A program made the translations under genes and the position numbers. Of a DNA stretch of 64,000 bases, positions 1 to 11,575 are shown piece by piece (position 1 is the first letter of the stretch; each line of letters begins with the position of its first letter). A model generated the notes under the pieces. That model made no database searches, had not been told where the DNA came from, and was given only the letters and a program-made list of their open reading frames with translations. Origin of the DNA: Eledone cirrhosa (Eukaryota); assembly GCA_964016885.1 (NCBI GenBank), contig OZ024762.1:5766001-5830000 (forward strand), given 5' to 3'.

Positions 1-140
1 AAATAAAATATCATAAAAATTTAGGTAACAAGACCCACAGTGCCGAGACCTTATTCTTATGTTTATCATTATTTTTCAAATTTTTGGTTGTCAAAGCTGG
101 GGTGTGTCCTCAGGGCAGAGTGTCTTCAACAACGGGAAAT

Positions 141-175
<35 letters not shown>

Positions 176-406
176 CAGGATGGATTCAGTTTAAAACTGG
201 TTAGACCATTACATTACTCACCAGAGTACTCGATACTTGGAGTAGTAGAGTATGGTTGTATTATAAAGAGTCAGGACCCCGACGGCTGAGCTCTTGCCAT
301 TTTAACAGCTAGTTCCAGACTCGAACTGGCTGTTGAAACGGCAAGAGCTCAGCCGTCGGGGTCCTAAGTCTTTATAATATATATAGGTATACATATAAAT
401 ATATAT

Positions 407-438
<32 letters not shown>

Positions 439-526
439 ACACTCACTGAGGTACACTGATGATGCCATACAACACCACCAGAAGTCAAACCAAAACTGTA
501 ATCCATTAGGAATGTCTTGAAGCAGC

Positions 527-1381
527 TTAAGTTTGTAGATTTGAGTGAAGAGAACGGTATTTATCCTTGTGGAAGTTGGAACATTGGGAGAATTTACTTT
601 TATACACAGACAATGGAACGTCCTTGTTGCTAAGGAACACTTTATTTAACCAATGTCCAAGTTTGCCACTGGTTAGATTTAATTTCGAGTCTTTTGTGTC
701 CACATCACCAATCTTGGCAATGGCAACCGAAAATATATAGCCAGTCATGAAGGCATCAAAACCAGATGAATGTCCACATGGGGCCGTTGTATTCTTTGTG
801 GGATCTACGTTATGGGAGCTGCTTAGCACTTCTGTCTCTTTGGTGGCAGAAGCAATGCAATCACCACTGCCTCGTCCTTCTCTACCTCCTCCTGGTTTAA
901 CACTATTACTTGTTTTTGTCTTGTCTAACACATCAGGTGGACTCCCTCCCAAATTAGGTTGCAGATTTCCATCCTTCTCTCTATTGATCTGAGAATGTGG
1001 ACTACTTGTTGTCATTGACGACTCATCAATGTCTGTTGTGTGTTGGGTGTCACCATCACTCAGTTCCCCAGTGACTCTACAACTGCTGCCACAGCCACCA
1101 TTGTTGTCATCATTATTATCAGCATCACTGGCATCTGATGACAAACTTTCTCTGCCAGCACCGGCAGCCGATGGTTTGGCATGCTTTGCAGGAGACGCCC
1201 CGTCGATCAATTTGGGGCCCTTCACATGCCGGACAGATGCCCCATGCCCCTTATGCTTCCTCTCACGCTTCCTCTTCCTCTTCACCTCCATCTTCAGCAG
1301 ACTCTGCTCATCAAGATCCAGGACTAAATCTACATCATGGCTCTTTACACACTTTTGTCCACTGCGACACCAGCCATGAGC
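527..1381 (-). CDS. TOE1: TOE1 last coding exon (rest of CCCH finger, basic NLS, low-complexity linker, ExoIII motif)
   Basis: AHGWCRSGQKCVKSHDVD completes C-x8-C-x5-C-x3-H; KRKRKRERKHK is a basic tract; HSSGFDAFMTGY matches TOE1 HRAGFDAFMTGY. Spliced CDS is 1800 nt (599 aa + stop). Confidence 0.93.
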   Translation of the reverse strand, partial: AHGWCRSGQKCVKSHDVDLVLDLDEQSLLKMEVKRKRKRERKHKGHGASVRHVKGPKLIDGASPAKHAKPSAAGAGRESLSSDASDADNNDDNNGGCGSSCRVTGELSDGDTQHTTDIDESSMTTSSPHSQINREKDGNLQPNLGGSPPDVLDKTKTSNSVKPGGGREGRGSGDCIASATKETEVLSSSHNVDPTKNTTAPCGHSSGFDAFMTGYIFSVAIAKIGDVDTKDSKLNLTSGKLGHWLNKVFLSNKDVPLSVYKSKFSQCSNFHKDKYRSLHSNLQT

Positions 1382-1559
1382 CTGCCAACAGAAGACAGAC
1401 AAAAACAGAATTGATCAATTCATTTATAGAAGAAACTAATCTATAAGACAATTTGTTAACAAATATATCCATGGATGATTATTGTTGGGTGAAGAAATGA
1501 CACGAGATTTGAGTGGTTGAAAGCTGCAGGAGAGGAAGACTGAGGAAAGTTTGAACAGA

Positions 1560-2070
1560 AGTGGTGAGAGTCGACCTCAGAATACTGAACTTCACAGAGG
1601 AGATGATGAAGGAACATAACAAGTGGAGGGTGGCTACAGAAGAGGAAGACCAAGGAAGACCTGGTCAGAAGTGATGAGAGATTACTTCAAAGTTCTGAAC
1701 CTCACAAAGGAAATGATGAAGGAACATAACAAGTGGAAGGAGGCTACAGAAGAGGAAGACCAAGGAAGACCTGGGCAGAAGTGATGAGAGATTACTTCAA
1801 AGTTCTGAACCTCACAAAGGAGATGATGAAGGAACATAACAAGTGGAGGGTGGCTACAGAAGAGGAAGACCAAGGAAGACCTGGGCAGAAGTGATGAGAG
1901 ATTACTTAAAAGTTCTGAACCTCACAAAGGAGATGATGAAGGAACATAACAAGTGGAAGGAGGCTACAGAAGAGGAAGACCAAGGAAGACCTGGTCAGAA
2001 GTGATGAGAGATTATTTCAAAGTTCTGAACCTCACAGAGGAGATGATGAAGGAACATAACAAGTGGAGGG
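1560..2070 (+). repeat. 110-bp tandem repeat derived from an RTE 3' fragment
   Basis: AAGTGGA(G/A)GG recurs at 1621, 1731, 1841, 1951 and 2061; the unit encodes RRGRPRKTW.EV. Confidence 0.9.
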
Positions 2071-2544
2071 AGATATTATCTCACTGAATGTTAATTTACA
2101 TATTTATAGTATCTTTACTTGTAGACAGATGTTTGTGAAAATCTGCAATATTAGAGTATAAAGACTTTTATATTTTAATGTGATGCAGTCAGTGTTGTTT
2201 TAAACTTTTCGAGAATGTCCTGTTAATACTGTTTTGTGTAGTACAGGGTGTTGAGTAAATAAGCTGTATTGCTAATGCTGTTTCGAGTGGTACAAGACGT
2301 TAAGTTATACCCCAGACAATAGATAAATTATGGAAAAATTCATTATCTAACTAAAATCGATTCAAATTCTCTATTCTTTTCACTTAATGACGTAATTTTA
2401 TTCAAAGAATTTAATATTTAGTCAAACATAAAGAAAAAGAAAGTAACATTGCAAAAGACTATAAATGAGAGAAATGAGCCGACTTCATTATACATATTCA
2501 GTTGACAGGGTTTCCAAATTTTGCCTTTGGTGGCGAATTTATCC

Positions 2545-3600
2545 ATTGGATATGGCAGTATCGGTAGAGGGTCGGACGCCATGCTTTGACGCATAGAGTT
2601 ACGGCCCTTGCCATTCTGAGTTCAAATCCCGCTGAGGTTAACTTTGTCTTTCATACTTACGGGGTCGATAAAATAAAGTACCAGTAATGTACTGGGATAA
2701 TTGCTGGCCTTGTGCCAATAGTAGAAACAATTATTAGGCAGGGTCAAGTGTGGGTGGGGATATGGGTAGAGCATCAGACAAATGCTTTAGGTTCTCAGTT
2801 CAAATTCCACCAAGGTCAACTTTTCCTCTCATCGTTCCGGGGTTGATAAAATACCAGTCAAATATTAGGGTCAATACAACCAGCTTTCCCCTTACCCCCA
2901 AACTGCAGGCTTTGTGCCAACGTTAGAATTATTAGTGATAATCCAGATATTTTTAGGTGAGGGAAAGTTTGCCCTCACCTATAAATGTCCAAATTATTAA
3001 TAATTGTTTCAACTTTTGGCATAAGTCCAGCAAATACCCCCAGTGCATTACTGGTACTCTATTTTATCGACCCCATAAGGATGAAAGGCAAAGCTACCTC
3101 CGCGGGATTTGAACCCAGAACGTAAAGGGCCATAACTCTATGCTGCAAAGCATGCCAATTCACCGTCTGAATTATTAATAATGTTGGTTACTGGATAAAT
3201 TAGTCAACAACAGCTAAACGCTGAGTCCCAGTCAATCCAAGTTGTACAATATAAACATAATAAAAGTTTCTAATTTTAGCACAAGGGAAGGGAAATTCAC
3301 TCATATTGACCCCAGTATTTGACTGGTACTTTATTTTATTGGCCTTGGAAGGATGAAAGGCCAAGGTTACTCCAGTGGGATTTGAACTCAGAATGTAAAG
3401 GGATGTAACTATAAACCCTTTTCACCCTTACAATAATGGTTTCTAAACAATTTTGGGGGAGGGGAAAGTTGATTATATCAACCCCATAAGGATGAAAAGA
3501 AAAGCAGCTAACCTCAGCAAGATTGAAACTCAGAACATAAAGGGCCGTAACTCTGCTGCAAAGCATCATGTCTGAAGCTCTACCGATTCTGCCAAACCAC
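2545..3600. mobile_element. Cluster of SINE family A copies in both orientations (TOE1 intron)
   Basis: At least 5 full or partial copies of the family-A centre and tail: 2545-2735 (+), 2755-2930 (+), 3003-3170 (-), 3270-3410 (-), 3440-3600 (-). Confidence 0.75.
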
Positions 3601-3663
3601 CACACTCAGATATAGAAATAATGAAAATGTTTAGCAAAGTAAGAAACTTTAAATGGAACTTAC

Positions 3664-3838
3664 AGCAAATGTAGCACAGGCAGTTTTAGAAAGTTCTGGG
3701 GTTATTTCTGAAGGGTTCCTCTTCTGCCATCCAAAATAACTGTAAACCACATCAGAACACTTGTTCTCATAGTTGAGGAACATTGTTGAAACAAAGTTAT
3801 TGTTAACCAGTTCACGGCTGTTGAGATTATCCCGGACA
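3664..3838 (-). CDS. TOE1: TOE1 coding exon 5
   Basis: (C)VRDNLNSREL...SKTACATFA|gtaagt. Phase 2 to 0; supplies the first Cys of the CCCH finger. Confidence 0.85.
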
Positions 3839-4519
3839 CTGAAGGACACAGAGGTAAGCATAACACACAGTTTAAAAACAGGGGGACACAGAGGTAGGTA
3901 TAACATAAAGAGGGGGTTTACAGTATAAAATGTCAACTAAAGAAAAACAATTAACCCTTTTGATACCAAATAATCTCATATTTATCTTATGTTCTACAAT
4001 ACAAAAACCACCACCATCATTTAACATCTGTTTTCCCTACTAGCAAGGGTTGGAGGAGTCTTCACAGACCAAGTCAGTACTAAACTAGAGTTTTATATTC
4101 TAATTTCTACAGCTGGATGCTTTTCCTATAGTCAACCACATTACAGAGTGCACTGGGTGAATTTTATCACAGTAGTAGCACTAGGGAGGTTGTCATGCTG
4201 TTCACATAACTGAAGAGTTCTTTCAACCATTTGTTTGGCCAGGCTTCTATGGCTGTATGCCCTTCCTAACACCAACTGCTTTACAGAGTCTTCCAAGAGA
4301 TGGCAACCTGAATAGACCTTTTTTTTTCAAAGAAATGTTTGTTTCTGTTCTATCTTTCTATTTCTTCTTTAACTTCTCGTTCTATTATCTGATGAAGGAC
4401 TACCGTCCAAAATGTTAAGACACTTTTTCTTCTATATTTATCTATATGCTACTTACTATAACTCTGTGATTGCTTGCTTGTCAGTAATGTAATACAGCCA
4501 AAAGGGCGCATAATGGGAA

Positions 4520-5070
4520 AATACTTTGAAAGGAAGTTGCCCCTGAAATGTCAATACAAATGGAATAAAACAAGTTTGAAATGAAGCAAGCATGCTTTGA
4601 TGGATGTGCAATATCAATGTGCATGAACGACCAAGCAAGAACAAGTTGAGAGTGAAACTGTATAAGAGGAATAAACTGTAGTGTGCAGGAGAGATGACTG
4701 CGTTGGTAGGGCCATGTGATGTGCATGGAAGATGACCGATGGGTGAAGAAGTGCCATTACACATCCATTGAATCATGCTTGCTTCATTTCTCTCCAGCCT
4801 TCTCATATCCTCTGCAGTTGCTGCCCATGTCTTACTACCATGCAGCATCACACATCTCACGCAGGCATTATACAACCAATCTTTCGTTTGTAGGGAGAAA
4901 TCCTTCGTTGTCGACAGAGGAAACAGCTCCCTAAACTTCTTGCATCCTGTCCTTATTCTAGATATTGTAGCCTCGGAGCATCCCCCTCCCTTGCTAATTT
5001 GATCATCTAGATATCAGAAGCTATCAGCCAGCTCTATAGATCCTACCTGCATTTGAAAAATGTGCCTATT
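4520..5070. mobile_element. Two converging RTE LINE fragments (+ 4520-4755, - 4756-5070)
   Basis: NEASML.WMCNINVHERPS...GHVMCMEDDRWVKKC on +; YNACVRCVMLHGSKTWAATAEDMRRLERNEASM on -. Confidence 0.75.
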
Positions 5071-5113
5071 ATTGATACTTCTACTACATATGAAATTTTC
5101 CTTATATATATAT

Positions 5114-5465
5114 AATGGAGGCACATGGCTTAGTGGTTAGAGCATTGGCCTTGCAATCGAAAGGTTGTGAGTTCAATTCTCAGACCGGGTGATGTGTTGT
5201 TTCCTTGAGCAAGACACTTTAGTTCACATTGCTCCAGTTTACTCAGCTGTAGAAATGAGATGATAGGGACTGGGGTCCCTATCATTCCACTGCAAAGTGG
5301 TCGTGGAGGTGCCACGGCAAAAAAAAAAAGCACCCAGCACTCACTGTAAATGAGGTTGGTGTTAGGAAGAGCATCCAGCTGTAGAAATCAAGCCAGAATC
5401 AGTTCCCGTCCCACCCTTGCAAGCAGGGAAAAGGCGGACGTAAAATGAAATGATGAAATGATGAT
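5114..5465 (+). mobile_element. tRNA-derived SINE family B (CORE-like centre, RTE-derived 3' tail)
   Basis: Box A TGGCTTAGTGG, box B GAGTTCAATTCT, CCTTGAGCAAGACACTT core, and a tail CCCACCCTTGCAAGCAGGGAAAA..CGGACGTAAAATGATGATG shared with the RTE 3' end at 9595-9640. Confidence 0.85.
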
Positions 5466-5562
5466 ATACATATATATATGTACCCACAAACACACATAGA
5501 TATATTATCATACATGCAAAGTAAAAACAAAACAAAAAACGGTAGAAAAGAAAAAGTCTTAC

Positions 5563-5825
5563 CATTTTTTGAAGACATAAACTAAATATGAAGCTGACAT
5601 TCTCATCACATATTCCACAATATATTTGGTGTCAAAAATTCCAGCCGAGAACATCTCGGATAAATTGGAGACGAAACTGCTGAACTTGGAGGGTAGATCA
5701 CAGTAGAGGTTCTGGTGCAAGAATACCAGGTCTATGATGCCATTGTGTAAGACAATGGGTACATTAGAGAGAAGGATTTCACTGAAGAGATCCCTAACAG
5801 ATGGTCGACTTATATCAGGGTGGTC
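5563..5825 (-). CDS. TOE1: TOE1 coding exon 4
   Basis: DHPDISRPSVRDLFSEILLSNVPIVLHNGIIDLVFLHQNLYCDLP...GIFDTKYIVEY...SYLVYVFKK carries the CAF1/PARN HNG..D and DTK motifs. Phase 0 to 2. The acceptor is tandemly duplicated (see findings). Confidence 0.92.
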
Positions 5826-6364
5826 CTGAAAAGGGAGAGAGAGATACAGGTTTATATCAGGGTGGTCCTGAAAAGGGAGAGAGAGATACATATAGGTTTA
5901 TATCAGGGTGGTCCTGAAAAGGGAGAGAGATATAGGTTTATATCAGGGTGGTCCTGAAAAGGGAGAGGACAAGGATAAAGATCCCATAACCCCTTATGGA
6001 GTCGTAGAGGCACCGTCATACGGTGTGTCCAGGGCACTTTTAAACTTGGCAGAGTCCAACCCTCCCTCTCCAGGTTTGAAAATTTTTTCTATAGAGGAAG
6101 AATTGCCCCCAGTACTGGACTGGTACTTTTTTATAGACCTCGAAAGTATGAAAGGCAAAGTTGACCAGAGCAGGATTTGAACTCAGAACGTGCAATTAAG
6201 TGGGACGAATATCGTAAAGCATTCTCTCCGATGTCTTAACGACCCTATCAACTTGCCACTTATGAGAAGGAAGAGACACAGGTTTACATCAGGGTTTAGT
6301 GCAGTTTCGTTATGAAATAGAATTATAGGGTTTATATATATCATCATCAGGTGCCACAACAACG

Positions 6365-6735
6365 AAAGCACCCAGTCCACCCTGTATAGTGGCTGCGTGC
6401 TAGTGACATGACAAAAAGCACCCAGTCCACCCTGTATGGTGGCTGCGTGCTAGTGACATGACAAAAAGTACCCAGTCCACCCTGTATGGTGGCTGCGTGC
6501 TAGTGACATGACAAAAAGCACCCAGTCCACCCTGAATGGTGGCTGCGTGCTAGTGACATGACAAAAAGCACCCAGTCCACCCTGAATGGTGGCTGCGTGC
6601 TAGTGACATGACAAAAAGTACCCAGTCCACCCTGTAACCTGGTCGTGTTGGTGACAAGACAAAAAGCACCCTTACCACCCTGTATGGTGGCCGTGTGCTG
6701 GTGACATGACAAAAAGCACCCAGTCCACTCTGTAA
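6365..6735 (+). repeat. 50-bp minisatellite inside a SINE body
   Basis: CCCAGTCCAC at 6371, 6421, 6471, 6521, 6571 and 6621; continues into the SINE-B 3' part. Confidence 0.9.
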
Positions 6736-6955
6736 AGTGGTTGGTGTTAGGAAGGGCAACCAAGCCAAAATACAAATCTGAGCAAAACATGGTCTCCAGA
6801 CCTAACTTTTCTCATAACGTAACAACCCATCTAACTCATGCAAGCATGGAAAAATAGATGTCAAATGATGATGACGATGATCATCATCATCTGAATTGAG
6901 AAGTGAAAAGGTAGGGGGTAGGTGGAAGAAGGGCTGAGATATGGGCAATACTTAC

Positions 6956-7277
6956 TCTATCATTACCGCGATAGTATTGAGATCCTTTGGAGAATTGTCT
7001 GTTGAAATCAAAGCCATGTCCTGTGAGGAACTGCATCGACTTCGGTTCCACTACATACTCATCAAAGCAGAGAAGGGCAATGTCATAGGTTTGGACAACA
7101 TAATTCCATTCATTGGCTTTCTGCGTTTTGTGGGGGCCATCTTCTGAGATATGCTTCCACTTGCCTGTTTGCTCTGCCGGTTTAACGTGCTGTAGTTTAA
7201 AACAGGAGAGTCCTAACGACAGAATGGAACGGGATTTGGCTGCGTTGCTCATTGACTTGTATCTCTCGTCTACACAT
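6956..7277 (-). CDS. TOE1: TOE1 coding exon 3
   Basis: CVDERYKSMSNAAKSRSILSLGLSCFK...YVVEPKSMQFLTGHGFDFNRQFSKGSQYYRGNDR. Acceptor ttcag at 7278, donor gtaagt at 6955; phase 2 to 0. Confidence 0.93.
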
Positions 7278-7589
7278 CTGAAACAGACAAATATATACCT
7301 TAGATCGCTATATATATATATATATATACCTTAGATCGCTATATATATATATATATATATATATATGGTTTGTCTCACATCAGATGCAAGACAAGCCACA
7401 AACCCTCCATCTCAATTTTACTTTTGAAAATCATAAGAACTGCGAAACCAGTAAAATAAACAAATATTCTTAAAAAGACTCCAGTTGCATTTTTGATTTC
7501 TTTTCCTTATACTTTCGCCCATGTAGAACATCTCGTTTTTTTTATTTAAAAAAACCTCATTTTCTTAGTGAATAACAAAACTAGTGTGT

Positions 7590-7745
7590 TACATTGTCAG
7601 TGTGACACAGATAGTGTTACAATGCCAGTGTGTGACACATATACTGTTACAATGCTAGTGTATAACATAGATAGTGTTACAATGTCAGTGTGTAACATAG
7701 ATAGTGTTACAATGTCAGTGTGTAACATAGATATGGTGTTACAAG
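7590..7745 (+). repeat. 30-bp minisatellite
   Basis: ATAGTGTTACAATGTCAGTGTGTAACATAG, about 4-5 copies. Confidence 0.85.
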
Positions 7746-7759
7746 AAAGAACAACTTAC

Positions 7760-7800
7760 TTGGCAACTAAAGACTTCCTGTCTCCTAATCCACTCATCTC
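7760..7800 (-). CDS. TOE1: TOE1 coding exon 2 (41 nt; EMSGLGDRKSLVA-K)
   Basis: Not in the ORF track. cag|GAG ATG AGT GGA TTA GGA GAC AGG AAG TCT TTA GTT GCC AA|gtaagt completes the DEDD ExoI motif (LDT-E) and matches TOE1 ELSGLGDRKSL. Phase 0 to 2. Confidence 0.92.
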
Positions 7801-7856
7801 CTGTAATGAGAAAAATAATAATAGAAAAGTTGATATTGATTTATTTCAAAGGAGTA

Positions 7857-8202
7857 GACACCTAACAACAGTGTACTGTGTTAAAGACACCTAAAACAAC
7901 AGTGTACTGTGTTAAAGACACCTAACAACAGTGTACTGTGTTAAAGAGACCTAAAACAACAGTGTACTGTGTTAAAGACACCTAACAACAGTGTACTGTG
8001 TTAAAGACACCTAAAACAACAGTGTACTGTGTTAAAGACACCTAACAACAGTGTACTGTGTTAAAGAGACCTAAAACAACAGTGTACTGTGTTAAAGACA
8101 CCTAACAACAGTGTACTGTGTTAAAGACACCTAAAACAACAGTGTACTGTGTTAAAGACACCTAACAACAGTGTACTGTGTTAAAGAGACCTAACAACAG
8201 TG
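7857..8202 (+). repeat. 29/31-bp alternating minisatellite (60-bp higher-order unit)
   Basis: GACACCTAA(AA)CAACAGTGTACTGTGTTAAA; consecutive 60-nt lines are nearly identical. Confidence 0.92.
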
Positions 8203-8209
8203 GATGGTG

Positions 8210-8249
<40 letters not shown>

Positions 8250-9152
8250 TCAGATATAAGCCATGGTGTGACCCCCCCCCCCCCCCCCCAAAAAAAAGTC
8301 AATGTTAAAATAGAGGTTGGTTTATATTCAGGGTCAATATTTTGATGATTTTCACCAACTTGAAAGTCTACATAAATAATAATTGTTTCTACGTTTGGCA
8401 CAAGGCCAGCAATTACCCAGTACATTACTGATACTTTATTTTATCGACCCCGTAGGGATGAAAGGCAAAGTTAACATAATTTATAATAAAAACTACAGGG
8501 TATAAACAAATGCAGTCCAGTCCCTGGATACTCTAAAAAAACACTTAAAACTTTTTAGATATCAAAATATTAAAACTTCATTAATATTTTCTCCATTCGT
8601 GAGAATTTCAAAACAGCGCCATTATGTACTGATTAGCTGCCATGGCTTATAAATGTGGTTTGGATTTTTGTCCACTTCTCAGACATAAAACAGGGGGATG
8701 GCTTACATTTAAGTATATATGGTAAGCCAACTAGCCAACAATAAAGTGGACTCTGTTAAAGACACCAAGGAAGAGGTAGTGTTAAACTGGGTGATGGATT
8801 AAGTCTACTACCAAACAACAGAGTGGACTTTGCTAACGATACCCACTACACTAGGCAGGCGGGTGGGAGTACCACACTGGAGTGTAGGTAGAGGGATCAC
8901 TGCTCTAGAGATGGGGGATGGTGGTAGAAGAAAGAGTTGAGCTGAGTGTAGGTGGTGTTAGGAAAGACTCGACAATCATAGTAACATACGATGGTGAGAC
9001 AACTCCGTTAAAGGGCAGATAACTATTCTGTGATATAAATAAAAAGTTTTAATGTAATCTTTGCTACATTCAGTTCTAACAGCACAAGTCCTACCTTAAC
9101 TAGGTGTATGTGTGTGTGTGTGTGCATGTATATATATATATATATATATATA

Positions 9153-9642
9153 TTTCTCCTTGCGTACGAAAGGCCGGTTGTATGATGCCTGTGTGAGGAG
9201 CGCGATGCTGCATGGTAGTGAGACATGGGCAGCAACTGCAGAGGATGTGCGACGGCTGGAGAGAAATGAGGCAAGCATGCTCCGTTGGATATGCAGTGTA
9301 AATGTGCGTGAACGACCCAGCATAAATGTGTTGAGAGAGAAACTGTGTCTGAGAGGGATAGAATGTAGTGTGCGAGAGAGGAGACTGGGGTGGTATGGAC
9401 ATGTGATGCGCATGGAGGATGACCGATGGGTGAAGAAGTGCCAGGAATTGTCAGTTGAAGGAAGACGTGGTAGAGGTAGACCACGAAAAACATGGGCGGA
9501 GGTGGTGAGAACAGACCTCAGATCATTGAAGCTCACGGTGGAGATGACGAGGGACCGTGACGAGTGGAGAGATGCTGTGCTGAATAAGACCCGTCCCACC
9601 CTTGCAAGCAGGGAAAAGCGGACGTAAAATGATGATGATGAT
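9153..9642 (+). mobile_element. RTE-clade LINE 3' end, uninterrupted frame, (GAT)n tail
   Basis: LRTKGRLYDACVRSAMLHGSETW...RLGWYGHVMRMED...EGRRGRGRPRKTW is the RTE ORF C-terminus; 5'-truncated into (TA)n. Confidence 0.9.
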
Positions 9643-9662
9643 ACATACATACATACATACAC

Positions 9663-10483
9663 ACTTGAACTTCACTTGCTTCAGTGGAACTCCATTCACA
9701 TGTAGAGTGCACTGCGCAGGCTTCCTTATGAGGACAAGTGTCTCAGTTTTCACAGCACTGATTTTCATTCCAGCCATGCAGCACTCGGCATCAAACCTAT
9801 CAAGTGCAAGTCAGGGATCACCTTCTGTTGAGTTAAGTAACACCATCTCATCTGCAAATTCCAGCTGACTGATTTTACACCAGCCAGTCATGATACCACT
9901 TCCAACCCAGCTGCGCATGTATCTCAGGGCAGTGTTCACAAGTGATGGATGGCTGGAGGTTGAATTAAGTGCAAGAATTGCAGGAACTGGTGCAATAATA
10001 TGCCAGCTTCAGCATTTGGTAATCAAAAGAATGGAGGGTAGCTGTAAAAGCCAAACTCGCTATCTTCAGTTCGGTATTCGTGCCAACCCTGACCTATAGT
10101 CATGAAAGGGTTCTTCTCTTCTGAAGGATCTTTGGTGTAATGTTACTCGATAGAATGCACAGCTCTGAGATCAGAGTCACTCCAGGTAAAGCCACTACTT
10201 CTCCGAATTGGGAGATCACAGCTCCGATATTATGGACATGTGGTTAGAATGTCCCAGGAAAGAATTGCTGGACAGATTTTATGGGCAAAACCAACCAACA
10301 AGAGACCCAGGCGTAGACCCTGAACAAGATGGTTGGATAACATCCATGAGCTTGGCTGGTATTGTTTGGGGACCCTGCCAGATCAGTTGGAGATGGTTGT
10401 TTCTGACAGAACCCGCTGGAAGGAGTGCTTGAGGACTCTGGCCCCACAACCCTCTCAGGGAAAAATGGGTGAAGAAGAAGAAA
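9663..10483. mobile_element. Rex3/RTE-like LINE fragment with inverted 5' part, (GAA)n tail
   Basis: - strand 9663-9910 reads LEFADEMVLL...AGMKISAVKTETLVL...NGVPLKQVKF. + strand from about 9918 reads YLRAVFTSDG...ELSARIA...RSQLRYYGHVVRM...KRPRRRP.TRW. Confidence 0.78.
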
Positions 10484-10493
10484 CAGTTATATA

Positions 10494-10679
10494 ATTGTTT
10501 CTACTTTTGGCACAAGGCCAACAATTACTCAGGACATTACTGGTACTTTATTTTATCGACCCCGTAAGGATGAAAGGCAAAGTTAACCTCGACGGGATTT
10601 GAACTCAGACCGTAAAGGGACGTAACTATGCTAGAAAGCATGGCGTCCAACCCTCTACCGATACTGCCAATTCAGCGCA
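10494..10679 (-). mobile_element. SINE family A copy
   Basis: Reverse complement of the 29349-29540 element. Confidence 0.82.
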
Positions 10680-11099
10680 TCTGTATAAATACAGACTGTG
10701 TAACCAAGACTGCAACAATGTGTACATAAATATACACATTTTAAATATATAGTCATATAAATATAGCAGAAAATATGACTTTCCCTGTAAATTGAAATGA
10801 TAAACACCTTTAATCTATTTTCAGATCTAATGGGGTCATTATCAGGTGTGTATATAATTCAATCAACCACAAGGGAACATGTATTTAATCATCATCATCA
10901 TCATTTTATGTCCACTTTTCCCTGCTTGCAAGGGTTGGACGGGTCCTATTCAGCACAGCATCTCTCCACTTGTCATGGTCCTTCGTCATCTCCTTGGTGA
11001 GATTCAGCCATCTGAGGTCCGCTCTCACCACCTCCGCCCATGTTTTTCGTGGTCTACCTCTACTGGGATTTCTTGACACTTCTTTACCCAGCGGTCATC

Positions 11100-11312
11100 C
11101 TCCATGTATTTAATGAGTATATATACTCCATGTATTTAATGGGTATATATATTCCATGTATATAAATGGTATATATACTCCATGTATTTAATGAATATAT
11201 ATACTCCATGTATATAAATGGTATATATATTCCATGTATTTAATGAGTATATACATTCCATGTATATAAATGGTATATATGCTCCATGTATTTGAATGGT
11301 ATATATATTCCA
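11100..11312 (+). repeat. ~26-bp minisatellite
   Basis: TCCATGTATTTAATGAGTATATATAC variants, about 8 copies. Confidence 0.85.
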
Positions 11313-11575
11313 GTTTCATTAGAATAACTGGAATATTCCATTCTTGTTATAAGCTTATCAGAATCGATTAAATACAAATAATATTTACCTTACACGTCCA
11401 TAAAAATCATAATAGAAGTGCAAAAAAGCATTCAAAAATTAAAATTTTATGGAAGCCTAAAAACATAATTAAATTTTATCAGGGATAAAAATAAAATATA
11501 ACATTCAGTAACTAATGATAAACATATACTACTTATCAAATTAGACAAGGTGACGGGTGACATGAGAATACTTAC

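Noticed and set aside
747-1446. + strand ORFs of 81-116 aa
   Set aside because: Antisense shadows of the last TOE1 exon.
5114-5195. tRNA-like sequences with A and B boxes
   Set aside because: They are SINE heads followed by core and LINE-derived tail, in many diverged copies; no clean cloverleaf.
7857-8202. CRISPR-like regular short repeats (also 13395-13777, 49262-49675, 51958-52735)
   Set aside because: Units are directly adjacent with no unique spacers, there are no cas genes, and the context is eukaryotic.
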